In this document: in pieces, positions 25,816 through 39,870 of the stretch
Position numbering within the stretch: position 1 is the first letter of the stretch
How the letters are laid out: the number at the start of each line of letters is the position of its first letter
Source: Chiloscyllium plagiosum
Lineage: Eukaryota
Reading direction: 5' to 3'
Length of the DNA: 64,000 bases
Assembly: GCF_004010195.1 (NCBI RefSeq)
Contig: NC_057718.1
Span: forward strand, 63,016,225-63,080,224
Position numbers and translations under genes: made by a program
The notes under the pieces: model-generated
Told to the model about the DNA's origin: nothing
Seen by the model: only the letters and a program-made list of their open reading frames with translations
The model's database searches: none

Positions 25816-27329
25816 GCTTTTATTTCTTGACCGAAAGACAAAAAAAAAACCTCAAGACGTCTTCAGAAATACTCCAAGTTCGGCACTATCAAATTCATTC
25901 GCTGTTAAGCACTTAACTACAACTTCTTTATCCACCCTCTCTCTCGGTGGTTCCCTACAGAAGGGTTCATGAAGACTTCTCCACTAACAACTTAGAAAAA
26001 GGTGCCAGAAAGCTTCAAGTGAGAATCTATTCCTCAACCAACAGCATCTTTGTAAATTTCATCTTAAAATTTTAAAACTGTTGCATTCAGAATAATCTGA
26101 AAAAAAAAATTAGGATGTCTTGTAGGCATTTTTTTTTATTTCAGGAAGCTTGCAGTAGTTCAAAGGTGAAGGCCTCTTCCACTTTCTCAGCCCAAGGAAT
26201 GTAGCTTTGCCATCATAATGCACATCCAAGAACGGATAAAAGATGCCAAAAGACAGTATTTTAATCAAAGTAAAATATGAAACTAATTCAAACCCAAGAT
26301 TCCTTATAGTAATTTGCTTTTTTGTAAATATCCTACAAATGAAAATATAAAAAAGGGCAAATTGACATTTCAGATGTTCAGTTATAATTTCATTACTCCG
26401 GAGATTTGTTTTTAATTCCAGATGTATTTAATTAAATAAATTTGAATTGCCCCAGCTGCCATGTCGCAGTTTGAACTCTTGGCTCTGAAGTATTACTCCT
26501 GCGTTACTAGTCTGGAAACATAACCACCAACCTACCACCATACCTTAAGTTGATAAACCCATCTCCTTCATGTTGAACACCAATTGAAAGAACAGAAAGG
26601 GAACAGAAAGTGTACACTGGGGTGGGGGGCTTCAATATTTGCCATTAAAAGGAACACAAGGAGTGGGCAAAATAGGAGCACAACTGACCGAGCCCAAGAA
26701 TCCACATGTCCTTGATTGGACAATAGCAGTTGATAAGAAAATCAGAGGGAATATCTGCTGAACTCAACCTCTCAGTTGCAGATGAATAAACCTATGACAG
26801 TATTGATAGGGATGATCATCACAGGTCTTTGTGAAAATAAAATCTCAGGTCCATATGGAGGTTCACTGAGTGAGTTGCAGGGGCATGCCATCATGCCAGT
26901 GAGGATAGACATATTAGATATAGTTAATAAAGCCAGTTCAGTATGGCTACAAACATTGGAATTAACCCAGGATGAACTTCACACAGAGCAATCTTCAAAA
27001 TTGCTGCTTTATTAGTTTTTTTCCTCTCAGGAAAGTAATGGAAGGGGTTGTGAATTGTGGTATCATGAGTATTTATCCACTAACCCTCTCAATGCTCAGT
27101 TTGAAATCTGTCATGATCACTCAGTTCTGGACCTCATTACAACCTTGGTCCAAACAGACAAATGACTAAATTCCAGAAATGTAGCTAAAGAGGCTGCATT
27201 TGACTATCCCCAGCATCAACATTTAAGTTATTGAGAATAAGAGGATAATTGTGGTTGTTGGTGGTCAATTATCCTAGATCTGGACATCATTGCAGGCGCT
27301 CTTTAGGACAGTATCCTAGGTACAAACAA

Positions 27330-28520
27330 CGTTCATAGACCATTAAGCCCTTCAAGCCTACTCCAACATTCATTAAAGATCATGGCTGATCTGACTGTAA
27401 CCTGAGATCCACATTCCCACCTATGTTTCTAATAACCTTCCACTCCCTTGCTTAATATACCATCATTTTCTCAGGAACGGGGCAGGGCTTGGGGGGGGTC
27501 ACCACAGACACATCGCCCTCTGAGAAAATACATATTCGTCTCAGCTATTTTAAATGGGCAACCACTGAAATTTAACCAGTGGCCCCTAGTTCTACATTCT
27601 CCCAAAACAGGAATCCTCTCCACATTTACTCTATCAAGACCCTTCAGGATCTTGTAGTCCCAATTAAGTCTCTTCTTACACTTGTAAACTTCAGTAGATT
27701 AAAAGCCTGGCCTGACAAACCACTCCTCATAAGACAACTCTCACATTCCTGGTATTTGTCTGGTAAACCTTCTCTGAACTGCTTCCAATGCATTTACATC
27801 ATTCTTTAAATACAGTGTACAGTATTCTGTGTCACCACTGTCCTGTAAAACTAAAGCATAACTTCTCTTTGCAATAAATAACATTCTATTAGCTTTTGTA
27901 ATTACTTGCTGTGCTCGCTTTTGTGATTCATACACTAAGGCACCCAGATCCCTCTGTAACCCAACAGCTCTGCAATCTTCCACAATTTAGATATATACTT
28001 CTCTTTTTCAATAAAAACCTCCTTGCCAAAATGGACAATTTTACATTTTCCCACATTCTATCACATTTGTCAGATCTTTGGTCATTTACATCACACATTT
28101 ATTTTCCCTATATCCACTTCACAAATGTACTTTCCTACCAATCTTTGCATTGTCAGTTAAGTTGGCAACCATGTCCCAAGTCATTTATATAAATTGCAAA
28201 CTGTTGAGATCCCAACACTGCTCTTTACAGCATAACACTCATCCCATTCTGAAAAAGATCCATTTATCATGCCTACTCTCTGCTTCCCATTAGCCCTGTA
28301 TTGTCAACATTCTATTGCTTCAACCATTCTATTGCTTTTACTTTCCACAATAAATCTTTAAAGTGGAACCGTATCAAATACTTTCTGGAAATCCATGTGC
28401 AGTACATCCACTGGTTTCCGTTTCTCTACTGTACATTTTGCCTCAAAAGAAATCTAAACAGCTTAATCAAACAGGATTTCTCTTCCACAAAATCTGAACT
28501 GACTCTGTTTGATTTCGTGG
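27330..28520 (-). mobile_element. Old CR1 3' remnant
   Basis: LQRDLGALV, EYC, ALEAVQRRFTRQIPGM on the minus strand. Confidence 0.8.
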
Positions 28521-29349
28521 AACTTTTTTTTTAAAATACTTGACATTTCCCCAAGGACACCTTCAATGACGTTCTTTTCATCATAAGATCAGAAATAATG
28601 AATGCACAACACTCATGACTCCTCAGATACTGAAGCAGTCCTATGCTTGCTGGCAGCAAGCTACGAACAAGGTACTGAGATATGTGGCAAGAAATATTCA
28701 TGACCCAAAATACTAGGCAACGATCATCTCCAGAAACAAACAACTATCTATTCTTGTCATTCAACAACCTTACTATTGTAAAATCCAGTATTTTTTTTTA
28801 AATCCCTAGCAATGTGCATAACCCATGAACAAAGCAAAAGGCTGCTACGTTTGTCTACATTACAAAAAGTCATGAAGTTTCAAAAGGTTACTAAATGAAA
28901 ACTGCATGCTGAAATCCATGATTCTAAATTACCTCATTTTTTTCTCTGTTTTAATAAAACTTAAGGTGCTTAAATTATTTCCATAAGAACATTATAATAT
29001 TCCTGCGACAGCCAATACAGGGAAAGAAAGGATGGATAAAAAAAGAATTCTGGTAGCATTACCTTCGCCATGTTGCAAAACACTAAGCCTCCACAACTGG
29101 CCAACAGGTCACTGGACCAAAGTTGTGGCATAATTTCTTTTAAAAACAGTGAATAAGAACTACATGAATAAGAAATGTTTGGAGGGATATGGGCCAAGTG
29201 GAGGTAGGTGGGACTAGTTTAGATCGGGATTATATTTGGCATGGACTGGTTGAACCGAAAGGTCTGTTTCTGTGCTGTATGACTTTGAGATATTAGCACA
29301 GATAATCAGACAGGTGTCAGATTGTGCCAAGCGCAGTACAGTAGCTAAT

Positions 29350-29550
29350 ACAAAGTTAAAAATCACATAACACCAGGTTATAGTCCAACAGGTTGATTTG
29401 GAAGCATTAGTTTTCAGAGTGCTGCTCCTTCTTCAGGTAGCTGTGAAACAGGACCATACCAAATAAACCTATCGGACTATAACCCGGTGTTGGTGTAGGA
29501 GGATTTTTAACTTTGTCCACTCCAACCCAACATCGGCACCTCCACATAGA
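29350..29550. mobile_element. Penelope-like fold-back fragment
   Basis: Inverted arms (CAGGTTATAGTCC / GGACTATAACCCG), minus-strand CTGAAGA..GAAA core, TAATACA on both flanks. Confidence 0.7.
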
Positions 29551-30324
29551 TAATACAGTACTGTTAAGAAATTCATGCAAAGATAATTATTTTTAAATCA
29601 GAGGATTATGGTAGTTAACTTTCATTAATCTAATCAATGTAGAAATATAATGGCAATGTGGTGTATCAAAGTCCCCTTTGGAAAGCCCAGTAAAGCTTTG
29701 TACTCCAGTACCAAATGGTTTTTTTTGTTGTCCCTTTAGTTGGAGGATGATGATAATTAAGCAAATTAAAGTTCAATTAACTCAAGGAGGATATGACAAT
29801 CATTTTGGAATATCACAATCCACATCAGAAAGCTCCAGTGGGGCTCCACAAAAAAATACATTTCACTCACAAACACATTGTATATTTATAGTATATTCAA
29901 TAATTATTACTATATAGATAACCACTGGATACGTTCTGAACAGAAGTGGTTCATCAAGTAGGAAGTGTTCTTCATATACAAAAATCTCAAATACCCTCTA
30001 AGCAGTCTTCTACTGTTGACCTCACGAGTTTATCCTGGTTTAGAACATTAGTGGGAATTTTGATGGCAAGTGTTTTAAGAGGGGAATGAGCCAAACAAAA
30101 TCTTCGTCAAGTAAGTGCAGAAGAACACAAAGTGCTAACTGACTGGATGACAATGTAGCAAAGTTGAGGCTCAACAATATTTCCCTTCAACTCCAGAAAA
30201 CAAAAATATAATTTGGGGCTGATTTCTTGTACTTTGTGGGTCAGTCCAATGTGAATGAAATAGGATAGGTAAGGGTTGTTTTGGAACGAACATAAATGGA
30301 AAATAAACAATTGGAACACTGATT

Positions 30325-31880
30325 GAACATAGAACATTACAGTGCAGTACAGGCCCTTCAGCCCTCGATGATTTCGGCGCAACAGTCTAAAGCCCAATCT
30401 AACCTACACTATTCCATTATCTTCCATCGGTTTATCCAATGGCCATTTGAATGCCCTTACCATTCGCAAGTCCACGACTGTTGCATGCAGAGCATTCCAT
30501 GCCCTTACTACTCTGAGTAAAGGAACTACCTCTGACATCAGTCCTCTATCTATCACCCCTCAACTTAAAGCTATGTCCCCTCAGGCTAGCCATCACCAGA
30601 GGAAAAAGGCTCTCATTGTCCATCCTATCCAACCCTCTAAAGTCACCTCTTAACCACCTTCTCTCAGCCTAAAGTCCCTCAGACTTTCGTCAACACCTTC
30701 CCTCCATACCAGGCAACATCCTGGTAAATCTCCTCTGCACCCTTTCCAACGCTTCCACATTCTTCCTACAATGTGGTGACCAGAACTGTAGGCAATACTC
30801 CAAGTGTGGCCACACCAGAGTTTTGTACAGTTGCAACATGATCTCATGGCTCCAAAACTCAATCTCCTCTACCAATAAAAGCTAACACACTGTTGACCTT
30901 CTTAAAAACTCTATTAACCTGGCTGGCAACTTTCAGGGATCGATGTACCTGGACACAGTTCTCTCTGCTCATCTATACTATCAAGAATCTGACCATTAGC
31001 CCAGAACTCTATTCCTGTTACTATTTCCAAAGTGAATCACCTCACACTTTTCCACATTAAACTCCATTTGCCACCTCTGCAGCTTATCTGTGTAGAGAGT
31101 GTGGTGCTGGAAAAGCACAGCAGGTCAAGCAGTATTTGAGGAGCAGGACAATCGATGTTTCAGGCAAAAGCCCTCATTCCTGATGAAGGGCTTTTGCCTG
31201 AAACGTTGATGCTCCAGCTCCTCGGATGCTACCCGACCTGCTGTGCTTTTCCAGCACCATACTCTCGACTCTGATCTCTAGCATCTGCAGTCCTCACTTT
31301 TTCCTAGCTTATCTATGTCCCTCTGCAACATCCTTCCACGCTATCCACAACTCCACTGACCTTAGTGTCATCCACAAATGTACTAGGAGACAGTGAGGTC
31401 TGCAGATGCTGGAGATCAGAGTTGAGAGCTTGTTGCTGGAAGAGCCCAGCAGGTCTACGCCCTCCTCCAGATCATTTATAAAAATGACAAACAGCAGTGG
31501 CCACAAAACAGATCCTTGCAGTACACCAATAGTAACTGAACTCCAGGATGAATATTTCACATCAACCACCACCCTCTGTCGTCTTTCAGCTAGTCAATTT
31601 CTGATCCAAACCACTAAAGTCACTCTCAATCCCATGCCTTTGTATTTTCTGCAATTGCCTACCATGGACAACCTTATCAAACAAATATTTTACTGAAATC
31701 CATATACACCACATCAACTGCTTTACCCTCATCCACGTGCCTGGTCAACTTCTGAAAGAACTCAATAAAAGGTTTGTGAGGCACGACCTACCTTTCACAA
31801 AACATTATTCCTTTCTAGATGAATACAAATCCTCTTATATTTCTTTCCAAAACTTTCCAACAGAAGTAAAGCTCACTGAT
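30325..31880 (-). mobile_element. CR1 LINE remnant with two Penelope insertions
   Basis: GVLQGSVLWPLLFVIFINDL, LEYCLQFWSP, ERVQRRFTRMLPGM; tail ATGTTCT repeat. Confidence 0.92.
31094..31305. mobile_element. Penelope-like fold-back insertion with hammerhead core
   Basis: Inverted arms; CTGATGA-A-GGGC-TTTT-GCCT-GAAA-CGTT at 31180-31207; flanking duplication AGCTTATCT(G/A)TGT at 31081-31093 and 31306-31318. Confidence 0.85.
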
Positions 31881-33910
31881 CTATATTGGTTCTCAACAAC
31901 TGATTTACTTGCAAATATTTTGAAACCTCATGCACATATCCAAGACCCCATAATACATATGTGTGCAGATTAATGAGAGACTCTCACACATGCTGGACTT
32001 GGAGGGTCACAATACATTTTGATAAACTATGCAAATTCATCAGCAAATATATCATTTCTCTCCTCAAATCTTATTTTGAAGAAGTAAATCTTCCATTTTT
32101 ATTGAACTGGGCTGACTTCCTTGTCTAATTTGACATTTGTTGCCAGTATACACACACACAATTTAAATTTACAGTACACTAGTGTTAAGTTACATTTCTA
32201 GACTAAATCTGCCTAGAGAATTGTAAATTAGTAGTCTCATTTGTTACATATTATCACATGACACTGCCATGGACAAAGTAAGTATACAGTACTGTTTTGT
32301 AACATTGCAGCACAAAAAGAAAATTACACATAACAGATACCACATCATCCCTAATGGCAGCAAGAAACTAATGTGAAAATATAAAAGTCCTTAGTTGACC
32401 ACAAATTTGTGATTTATATAGTAACTGCTTGAACTAGTATTGAAAACAAGAACTACCCAGTCAAGTGACAAGACCCACTGAGTGAAAGAAACTGCAATAT
32501 TTCCAGAGCAGAAGAATAAAAGCTAGATAATTAACATCTGCACTAATGCCAATACCCAACAAGTAGTTTAAAAAAAAGGTTAAAATAAGCATCTTTCTGC
32601 TCATTTAAGGAACTGGAATTCAAGAAAGGTTGCCTGTTATTCTGGAAACAGTGTTTATGTTCTCTTCTTCTACCTTAGACAAAGAAAAAAAGTAAGCTAC
32701 TTTAAAACTAAACCATCTGAACAACTTATATCCTACAAATGACTAGTGCCAAGTTTATTATTTTGTGCATATTACACAGCATGAAATACAACCCAACTTG
32801 AACTTCTGCATTTAATACTTTTCTGGGGAGAACGCTCAATTTCAACTGTCAAGTTTGAAGAAGTTGAAATGCTTCCAGTATCAAAACTTCGGCTGCAATA
32901 ATTGCCCTGCTGGACTATCAACACTAGCATTTCACGGTTTCTAGGCAAAAGTAACAAACAAAATAATTTTTAAAAGCATAATCCAGAAAAAAAATTAAAC
33001 TAGATACTCACTAAGCAAAAGACACCCTGTTTTTAAAATTAAACCATCTTCTCTAAAATGAAGTCTGATGAACATCCAGTAAATGTATTCTCCAATTATC
33101 CATGACTATAAGTAACCCTACAACTATTAATCAGTTTCAAACATAGATGGTTACTTCAATGGAGTAGAAAAATTAAAATAATTATACTGCTGCTCACCAA
33201 AATATTTAATGCCATCAACTGAAAGTGAATGGGTATAAATACAGCCAAACTGAGGCCTGGTGCTTCAAATCCCAAAAAGAAGTTACATTCAATATTAACA
33301 AGATGACTAGGCCACTACTGTGTTAATTGACTGCTAGGTTTTCTTGGTCATCTTGGTTTTTGTTGTTCTAAAATGATGGCAGCTGCTTGGCTCATTAAAA
33401 AAGGCATTTTGAATACAATGAAACAGTCAAAGAATTAGATGCTCAAATACATTACCTCCAGATTCTCATAACTAACAGCTGTAACAAACCAGATATTTTA
33501 ATCAAGGCACTGTCACATATCAGACCAAACTAAACCCATGCACAGGGTTACAGCCATGTACAAAATTAACATCTAAGATCTACAGAACTGAATAAAGCAG
33601 AGAAGAGAGCCATGTAGAAGTTTAACTCAGGGACAAGTGCAAAAATGCCAAAATGTTATGATCACAATTCACAAGAAAAAAGGGAGCCAACTGGTTGGCA
33701 AGTTGAGTCTAATTGGCCAAGGTCTTGCTATGTGGGAATTATAGAGTCTTGAAACTCCTAAGTAATTAAAAAAAGGCACAAGAATTGAATGCATTCCTTT
33801 TTCTTACCACAGAGAACAGACTCCTGCGCATATGTGATTTCTAGCAAGCATAAATTTATCATGCTCTGAATTGGACTGATTATTTCAAATTGGTTGCTAA
33901 TATAGCTATT

Positions 33911-34254
33911 CAAAGTTTGTGAGAAGAAGATTTGTAGCTCAGGTGCTCGTTGTTGTGGTTCTGTTCGCCGAGCTGGGAATTTGTGTTGCAGATGTTTCGT
34001 CTCCTGTCTAGGTGACATCCTCAGTGCTTGGGAGCCTCCTGTGAAGCGCTTCTGTGATCTTTCCTCCAGCATTTATAGTGGTTTGAATCTGTGCAACAGT
34101 AGTACCTTCGCCAACAGATTCAAACCACTATAAATACTGGAGGAAACATCACAGAAGCGCTTCACAGGAGGATCCCAAGCACTGAGGATGTCACCTAGAC
34201 AGGAGACAAAACGTCTGCAACACAAACTCCCAGCTCGTCGAACAGAACCACAAC
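33911..34254. mobile_element. Penelope-like fold-back insertion
   Basis: Long near-perfect inverted repeat; duplication AATATAGCTATT at 33899-33910 and 34255-34266; hammerhead core at 33991-34024 (minus). Confidence 0.85.
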
Positions 34255-34509
34255 AATATAGCTATTAGCACACTTTGGTTTGTGGTGGCACAGCTGAACA
34301 ATCCTATCTCCAGATGAAGATCTGGAGTCCTTGAAAATCAAGCCAAATGGGTCTTGCACTTAATTTGAAATATCCAAAGACTTGTTATTTTCACGTCACA
34401 TTAATGTCTGTGTTTTTTTCCCCCAGAAGCCTCAGGTGACACCTAAACATCTTTACAAACTTGACAATGCAATGTCCACAAAATACATACTTATTATTAA
34501 TTACTGCGC

Positions 34510-37170
34510 CATTGAGTCAAAGTCATATAGCACAGAAGAGGCTCATTTGCCCATCAGGTTTGGGCCATCCTATTTCCATTAATCCCATTTATTAGCACTT
34601 AGCCAACAGCCTTGAATGTTGACATTTACAAAGTATGGCATTGAACACTTGGAAAGATTGAGGTTTCTCGCCTCTACTGCTCAGGCAGGCAGTGAACTCC
34701 AATTTCCCACTACCCTCAGAGTTGGAAATGTTTTCCTCAAATCCCATCTAAACCCTTACCTTCACCTTAAAATTATACCCCCATATTACTGACCCTTCAA
34801 CTAAGGGGAACAGCTGCTTCCTATCCACCCTTTTCAGGCCCCTCAATTTTACGCACTTCTCTCAGTACATCTTCTCAACCCTCTCTGCACTAAACAAACC
34901 CTCTTCATTGCTGAATCAAAGGTTTGTACAACTCCAACATAACCCCCTTCTTTTTATAATATGTGCCACAACTGATAAAGGCAAGTGCCACATATGCATT
35001 CTTAACCATCCCATTAACCCACATTCAGGGATCTGTGGACAAGCACTTGGTGACACAGTAGATCAGTGGTTCGCACTGCTGCCTCACAGTGCCAGGGATC
35101 TGGGTTCAATCCCAGCCTCGGGCAACTGTCTGTGTGGCATTTGCACACTCTCCAATGTCTGCGTGGGTTTCCTCCAGTTTCCTCCCACAGTCCAAAGATG
35201 AGCAGGTTAGGTGAATTGGCCATGCTAAATTGCCCAGTGTTCAGGGATACGTAGGCTAGGTAAATTAGTCAGGGTAAATGTAGAGTAATAGGGTAGGGGA
35301 ATGGGTCTGGTGGAATACTCTATGGAAGATCAGTTTGGACTTGTTGGCCGAATGGCCCATTTTCACACTGTAGGGATTCTATTCTCCTCCTCTGAACTTC
35401 TTCATGTCCTACCATTCATTGAGCACACCCTTGTCTTGTTACTTCTTCCAAAGTGCATCACTTCACATTTATCGGTAACAGATAGAATTTAACCCTGATA
35501 TGTACATAGTCAGAGCTGTACAGCACAGAAGCAGACCCTTCGATCCAACTCGTCCATGCCAACCAGATATCCTAACCTAATCAAGTCCCACTTGCCAGCA
35601 CTTGGCTCATATCCCTCGAAGCCCTTTCTATTCATTTACCCATCCAGATGACTTTAAATGCTGCAATTGTACTAGCCTCCACCACTTCCTCCGGCACCTC
35701 ATTCCATACATGCACCGCCCTCTGTGAAAAAGCTGCCCCTTTAGGTCTCTTTTAAATCTTTCCCCTCTCACCCTAAATCTATGCCCTTTAGTTCTGGACT
35801 CCCCCACCCAAAGGAAAAGACGTTGCCTATTTATCTTATCCATGCCCCTCATGATTTTATAAACTTCTAGAAGGTCACCGCACTCCAGGGAAAAACAGCC
35901 CCAGCCTATTCAGCCTCTCCCTATAGTTCAGAGCCTCCAACCCTGGCTACATCCTTTTAAATCTTTTCTGAACCCTTTCAAGTTTCACAACATCTTTCCA
36001 ATAGGAAGGAGACCAGAATTGTATGCAATGTTCCAAAACTGGCCTAACCAACATCCTGTGCAGCCACAACATGACCTCCCAACCCCTATACTGAATGCTC
36101 TGAACAATCAAGGAAAGCATTTAGTCACTACTGTAGACTTACAGCAATGTTGTCACATGTAAAAACTAGGCACTTATCTGTTCCTGCGACATGTGTTCTC
36201 CCACATAGGTTCCTCTAAGGTCAGTTGTGAATTTCATTGCTTGTTAATTTTTCCTAGATGCCTTCCGACTTCCAGAGATGCATAAACTCAAATAGCAAAG
36301 GCAGTAACTGCAGATTCACTGCTGTGTCAGTTAGCAGTGTAGATTTCTTTTGCTCTCTCCCTCACTAACCATGTGATTGCTGCTTTTTGTCGGTCTTCCT
36401 CCTTTTAAAAATTGCATTGCTTTTCCCCTAAAGTTCCAAAACAACAGCATATAAAACAGTAATCGCTGCTTCTGGAATTAAGAAGAAATCACCTCCAACA
36501 CCTAAAATGCCTCAAAAAAAAAAAAAGCAGCTTTTACAGCCACAATTTTTTTTTCCCCCATTCTCCATCTTGGATTACCCACAATCCACGTCACTGACCA
36601 ACCCGTTCATATTTTCCTGTAACTGAAGACCTTCTTCCTCATTATTAGTGACCCAAACTTATAAGTAACCGAAACTTATTTACCGCCTCTACCCTCCCAA
36701 CTTAAGTATACTGTTTATTTATATCACAAACAGTAAAAGGGACCCAGCATTGATCCCTATAGTATGTCACTAAACACCGGCCTCCAGTCAGACAAACATT
36801 TTACCACCCTGTCTTCTATCACCAAGGTAATTTTGGATCTAACTTGCCAAGTTATCCTGGATCCCACGTGCTTTTACTTTCTCGATCAGAGTCCCATGTG
36901 GATCCTTGTCAAAGGCTTTGCTGAAATCCACAGAAATTACATCAGCTACATTACCCTCATCTACTAACCTGATCACCTCCTCAAAAAGAGTTCAATCAAA
37001 TTTGTTCATCATGACCTCAGCATAGCTTGGTTAGACAGAGGATCCCTGATGAAATCTTGCTTCTCCTTCATAATTTTGTCCAACAGATTCACTGGTCTGT
37101 AATTCCCTGGTTTATTCCTCCCAACTTTCTTAAAAAGTAGAGCCACATTAGTTGTCTTTCAGTTCTCTGG
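34510..37170 (-). mobile_element. Old CR1 remnant carrying HE1 (35050-35380, plus), a younger CR1 3' end (35505-36120, minus) and a probable LINE 5' UTR fragment (36120-36590)
   Basis: CR1 3' UTR and RT motifs (VYMDF-like, KAFDK) on the minus strand; V-domain in the HE1. Confidence 0.75.
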
Positions 37171-37844
37171 TACCTTCAAACTCATTTACTGGATCTGCCA
37201 CCAAGTCTAAATGCACAGTTTTGTCTCAAACGCAAGCTATGAAAATGTTTCTAAGAGTGGCAAGGTGTCTTTCAACATCCAGGATTGTGAGCCACAAGGG
37301 TGAATCCTATGTCCACACATGTATCAGTTGCTAAAAATAAACAAAAGCAATGTCCTATTACAACCTATTTCCTCAATGACCAGTTGATGCTGTGCAGCAC
37401 TAATTGGCAAATGGTTGAGAGAATTACCATGGCAAATTGTATGTGGGTTTTCCATTTACATGGTAAAGAATTCCCTCACTTGTGTGAGGACGTAAGGAAC
37501 TTGCATAGACAAGATGTTGTTCAGTATTGCTAACCTATTCATTAGTATGCTGAAGGAAGCCATCACCTTTTGCAGCACACTGCTTTATTATGGCGAGATA
37601 GATGTGCCGCTATTTTATGAATCCTTATTCACTGAATTATGAACTTAGCAACTCATGCAAATTCAATTTTAAGAGACACCAAGTTGATGTTCCAGTCACA
37701 GAAAGTCTGCTATAATTAGGTAGCTGCGCACAATTTGTGTCAGTTTCCCTCAAAAACACACTTTCTTGGAGTGAGCTTCAATATTCTGGACTCTTGTGTG
37801 CAGTGGTCATGTCCGTACATTTGAACCAAATCTCACCTGCTCCA

Positions 37845-38475
37845 GAGGTCAGAGATGTACAGCACGGAAAGACACCCCTTGGTCCAACTCGTCCATGCCG
37901 ACCAGATATCCCAACTTAATCTAGTCCCACTTGCCAGCGCCCAGCCCATAACCCTCCAAACCTTTCCCATTCATATACTCATCCAGATGCCTTTCAAATC
38001 TTGCAATTGTACCGGCCTCCACCATTCCACTGACAGCTCATTCCATGCACGTACCACACTGCATGAAAAGGTTGCCCCTTACGTCTCTTTTATATCTTGC
38101 CCCTCTCACCCTAAATCTCTGCCCTCTTGCTCTGGACTCCCCCACCCCTAGGAAAAGACCTTGTCTATTTATCACACAACACCAGGTTATAGTCCAACAG
38201 GTTTAATTGGAAGCACACTAGCTTTCGGAGCGACGCTCCGAATGCTAGTGTGCTTCCAATTAAACCTGTTGGACTATAACCTGGTGTTGTGTGATTTTTA
38301 ACTTTGTACATCCCAGTCCAACACCGGCATCTCCAAATCTTGTCTATTTATCTTATCCATGCCTGCCATGATTTTATTAACTTCTAGAAGGTCACCCCGC
38401 ACCAAGGAAAACACTCCAGCCTATTCAACCTCTCCCTGTAGCTCAAATCCTCCAACCCTGGCAACATTCTCGTAA
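37845..38475 (-). mobile_element. CR1 3' end split by a Penelope fold-back (38174-38338)
   Basis: CR1 3' UTR; insertion flanked by CTTGTCTATTTATC (38160-38173, 38339-38352). Confidence 0.88.
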
Positions 38476-38624
38476 TACCCAACTTGTTAGAAAACAGGCT
38501 TTTAAAACAAAATGCACGTCCTCAATACATTGATAATACATTTGAGATCTTTCAATCCACAGCTGTACTCTATGAAATCTTTAAACACCTTAATGCACTC
38601 CAATATGGAGTGGCTTATTGGTAA

Positions 38625-38950
38625 CATTACAAGGCTAGGAATATAGAACCCCAAGCTAATGAGCTGTGGACATATGTCCAAATCCCACTATGGCAGGTGA
38701 AATTTGAACTCAGTTTATTTAAAACCTGGTCAAGGGCAACCTTGTAATCACTGTCAATTATCATAAAAGCCCATCTGATCACTAGCATCCTTGAGGGAAA
38801 GAAATCTGTCATCCTTACCTGTACGTGACTATATGCCTATATGTGACTCCAGACCCATAGAAATGTGGTGGACCTTTAATTGATTCCAGGCAATTATGCA
38901 AGAAATTGGCAGTAAAACCAATGATAACAGATATCTTTATCCCATGAATG
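38625..38950 (+). mobile_element. Old tRNA-type SINE (non-HE1)
   Basis: B-box-like GTCCAAATCCCAC; body similar to the reversed copy at 7455-7740; tail ATCCCATGAATGA. Confidence 0.5.
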
Positions 38951-38999
38951 ATTTTTTTTTAAAAATTACCTTTTGTGACAGTCAAATACACTCACATTC

Positions 39000-39480
39000 C
39001 ATGCTAGTTTAGAAATCAACTACAAGGCTAGTTTCACTGGTCAATATACATACAAGAATCATTTAGCACCATGAACTAGAAGACTGACTATTCAGAAATC
39101 CTGCAAATACGAATCTAGCTATTTGCTCACCTTGTGAAATTGACAGAGCTGCAGTGCAAAGCTCTCATGCAGGACAATGGTTATTCTGATCAGACCATTT
39201 CATGCAACATAAAATTTTACAAATGGACCAAAGGACACCACTTTCAGACCCAAAACCTCTAACCCAAATTACCCTGGAAAGATAAAATTACATAAAAATT
39301 TAAACAATAGACTAAGTCTATTTCACACTCTTATGTAGTGGCAATGCAAGTAGCATTTTCCAGCAGGATGCTGCCATCACCATAAAATTTAGTAACATAA
39401 AGTTCAGTATGCACAATACCTGGCACATAAAATGTACCTCCAACTGATCAAATCAAACATGTATCTTTTGTTGCTCATAA
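39000..39480 (+). mobile_element. Very old Penelope ORF remnant
   Basis: ICSPCE, QDNGYS, LPWKD motifs typical of the region between Penelope RT and GIY-YIG. Confidence 0.45.
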
Positions 39481-39660
39481 TTAGCAGAGTATAGATCATT
39501 TGCAACTAGCTTATTGTTTTGCAAACACAAGTTAGATGCAATTCTAAAATTGTTCAAGTCCAGCCCAATCTTGCGTGCTAATATCTACACTAACAACCAA
39601 TTTAAGAAAATAAGTAAAACTCATAACATAGTTCATTTAAACTTGAAAAGGATATAAAGT

Positions 39661-39870
39661 TGAAAATGTGTTGCTGGAAAAGCGCAGCAGGTCAGGCAGC
39701 ATCCAGGGAACAGGAGAATCGACGTTTCGGGCATAAACCCTTCTTCAGGAAGGGCTTATGCCCGAAACGTCGATTCTCCTGTTCCCTGGATGCTGCCTGA
39801 CCTGCTGCGCTTTTCCAGCAACACATTTTCAGCTCTGATCTCCAGCATCTGCAGACCTCACTTTCTCCTC
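39661..39870. mobile_element. Young Penelope-like fold-back insertion
   Basis: Near-perfect palindrome 39661-39831; perfect 13-bp duplication AAGGATATAAAGT at 39648-39660 and 39871-39883; hammerhead core 39721-39748 (minus). Confidence 0.9.

Noticed and set aside
25830..26245. Acceptor-like poly-T/AG sites on both strands with short open frames
   Set aside because: The frames close quickly and give no recognisable peptide
33950..34254. Long hairpin as a pre-miRNA or DNA-transposon TIR pair
   Set aside because: The arms are Penelope terminal sequence with a hammerhead core, and the 12-bp duplication fits the other Penelope insertions
36120..36590. Minus-strand CAAGATGG motif as a second promoter
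   Set aside because: Embedded among CR1 fragments and CpG-poor; more likely a LINE 5' UTR piece
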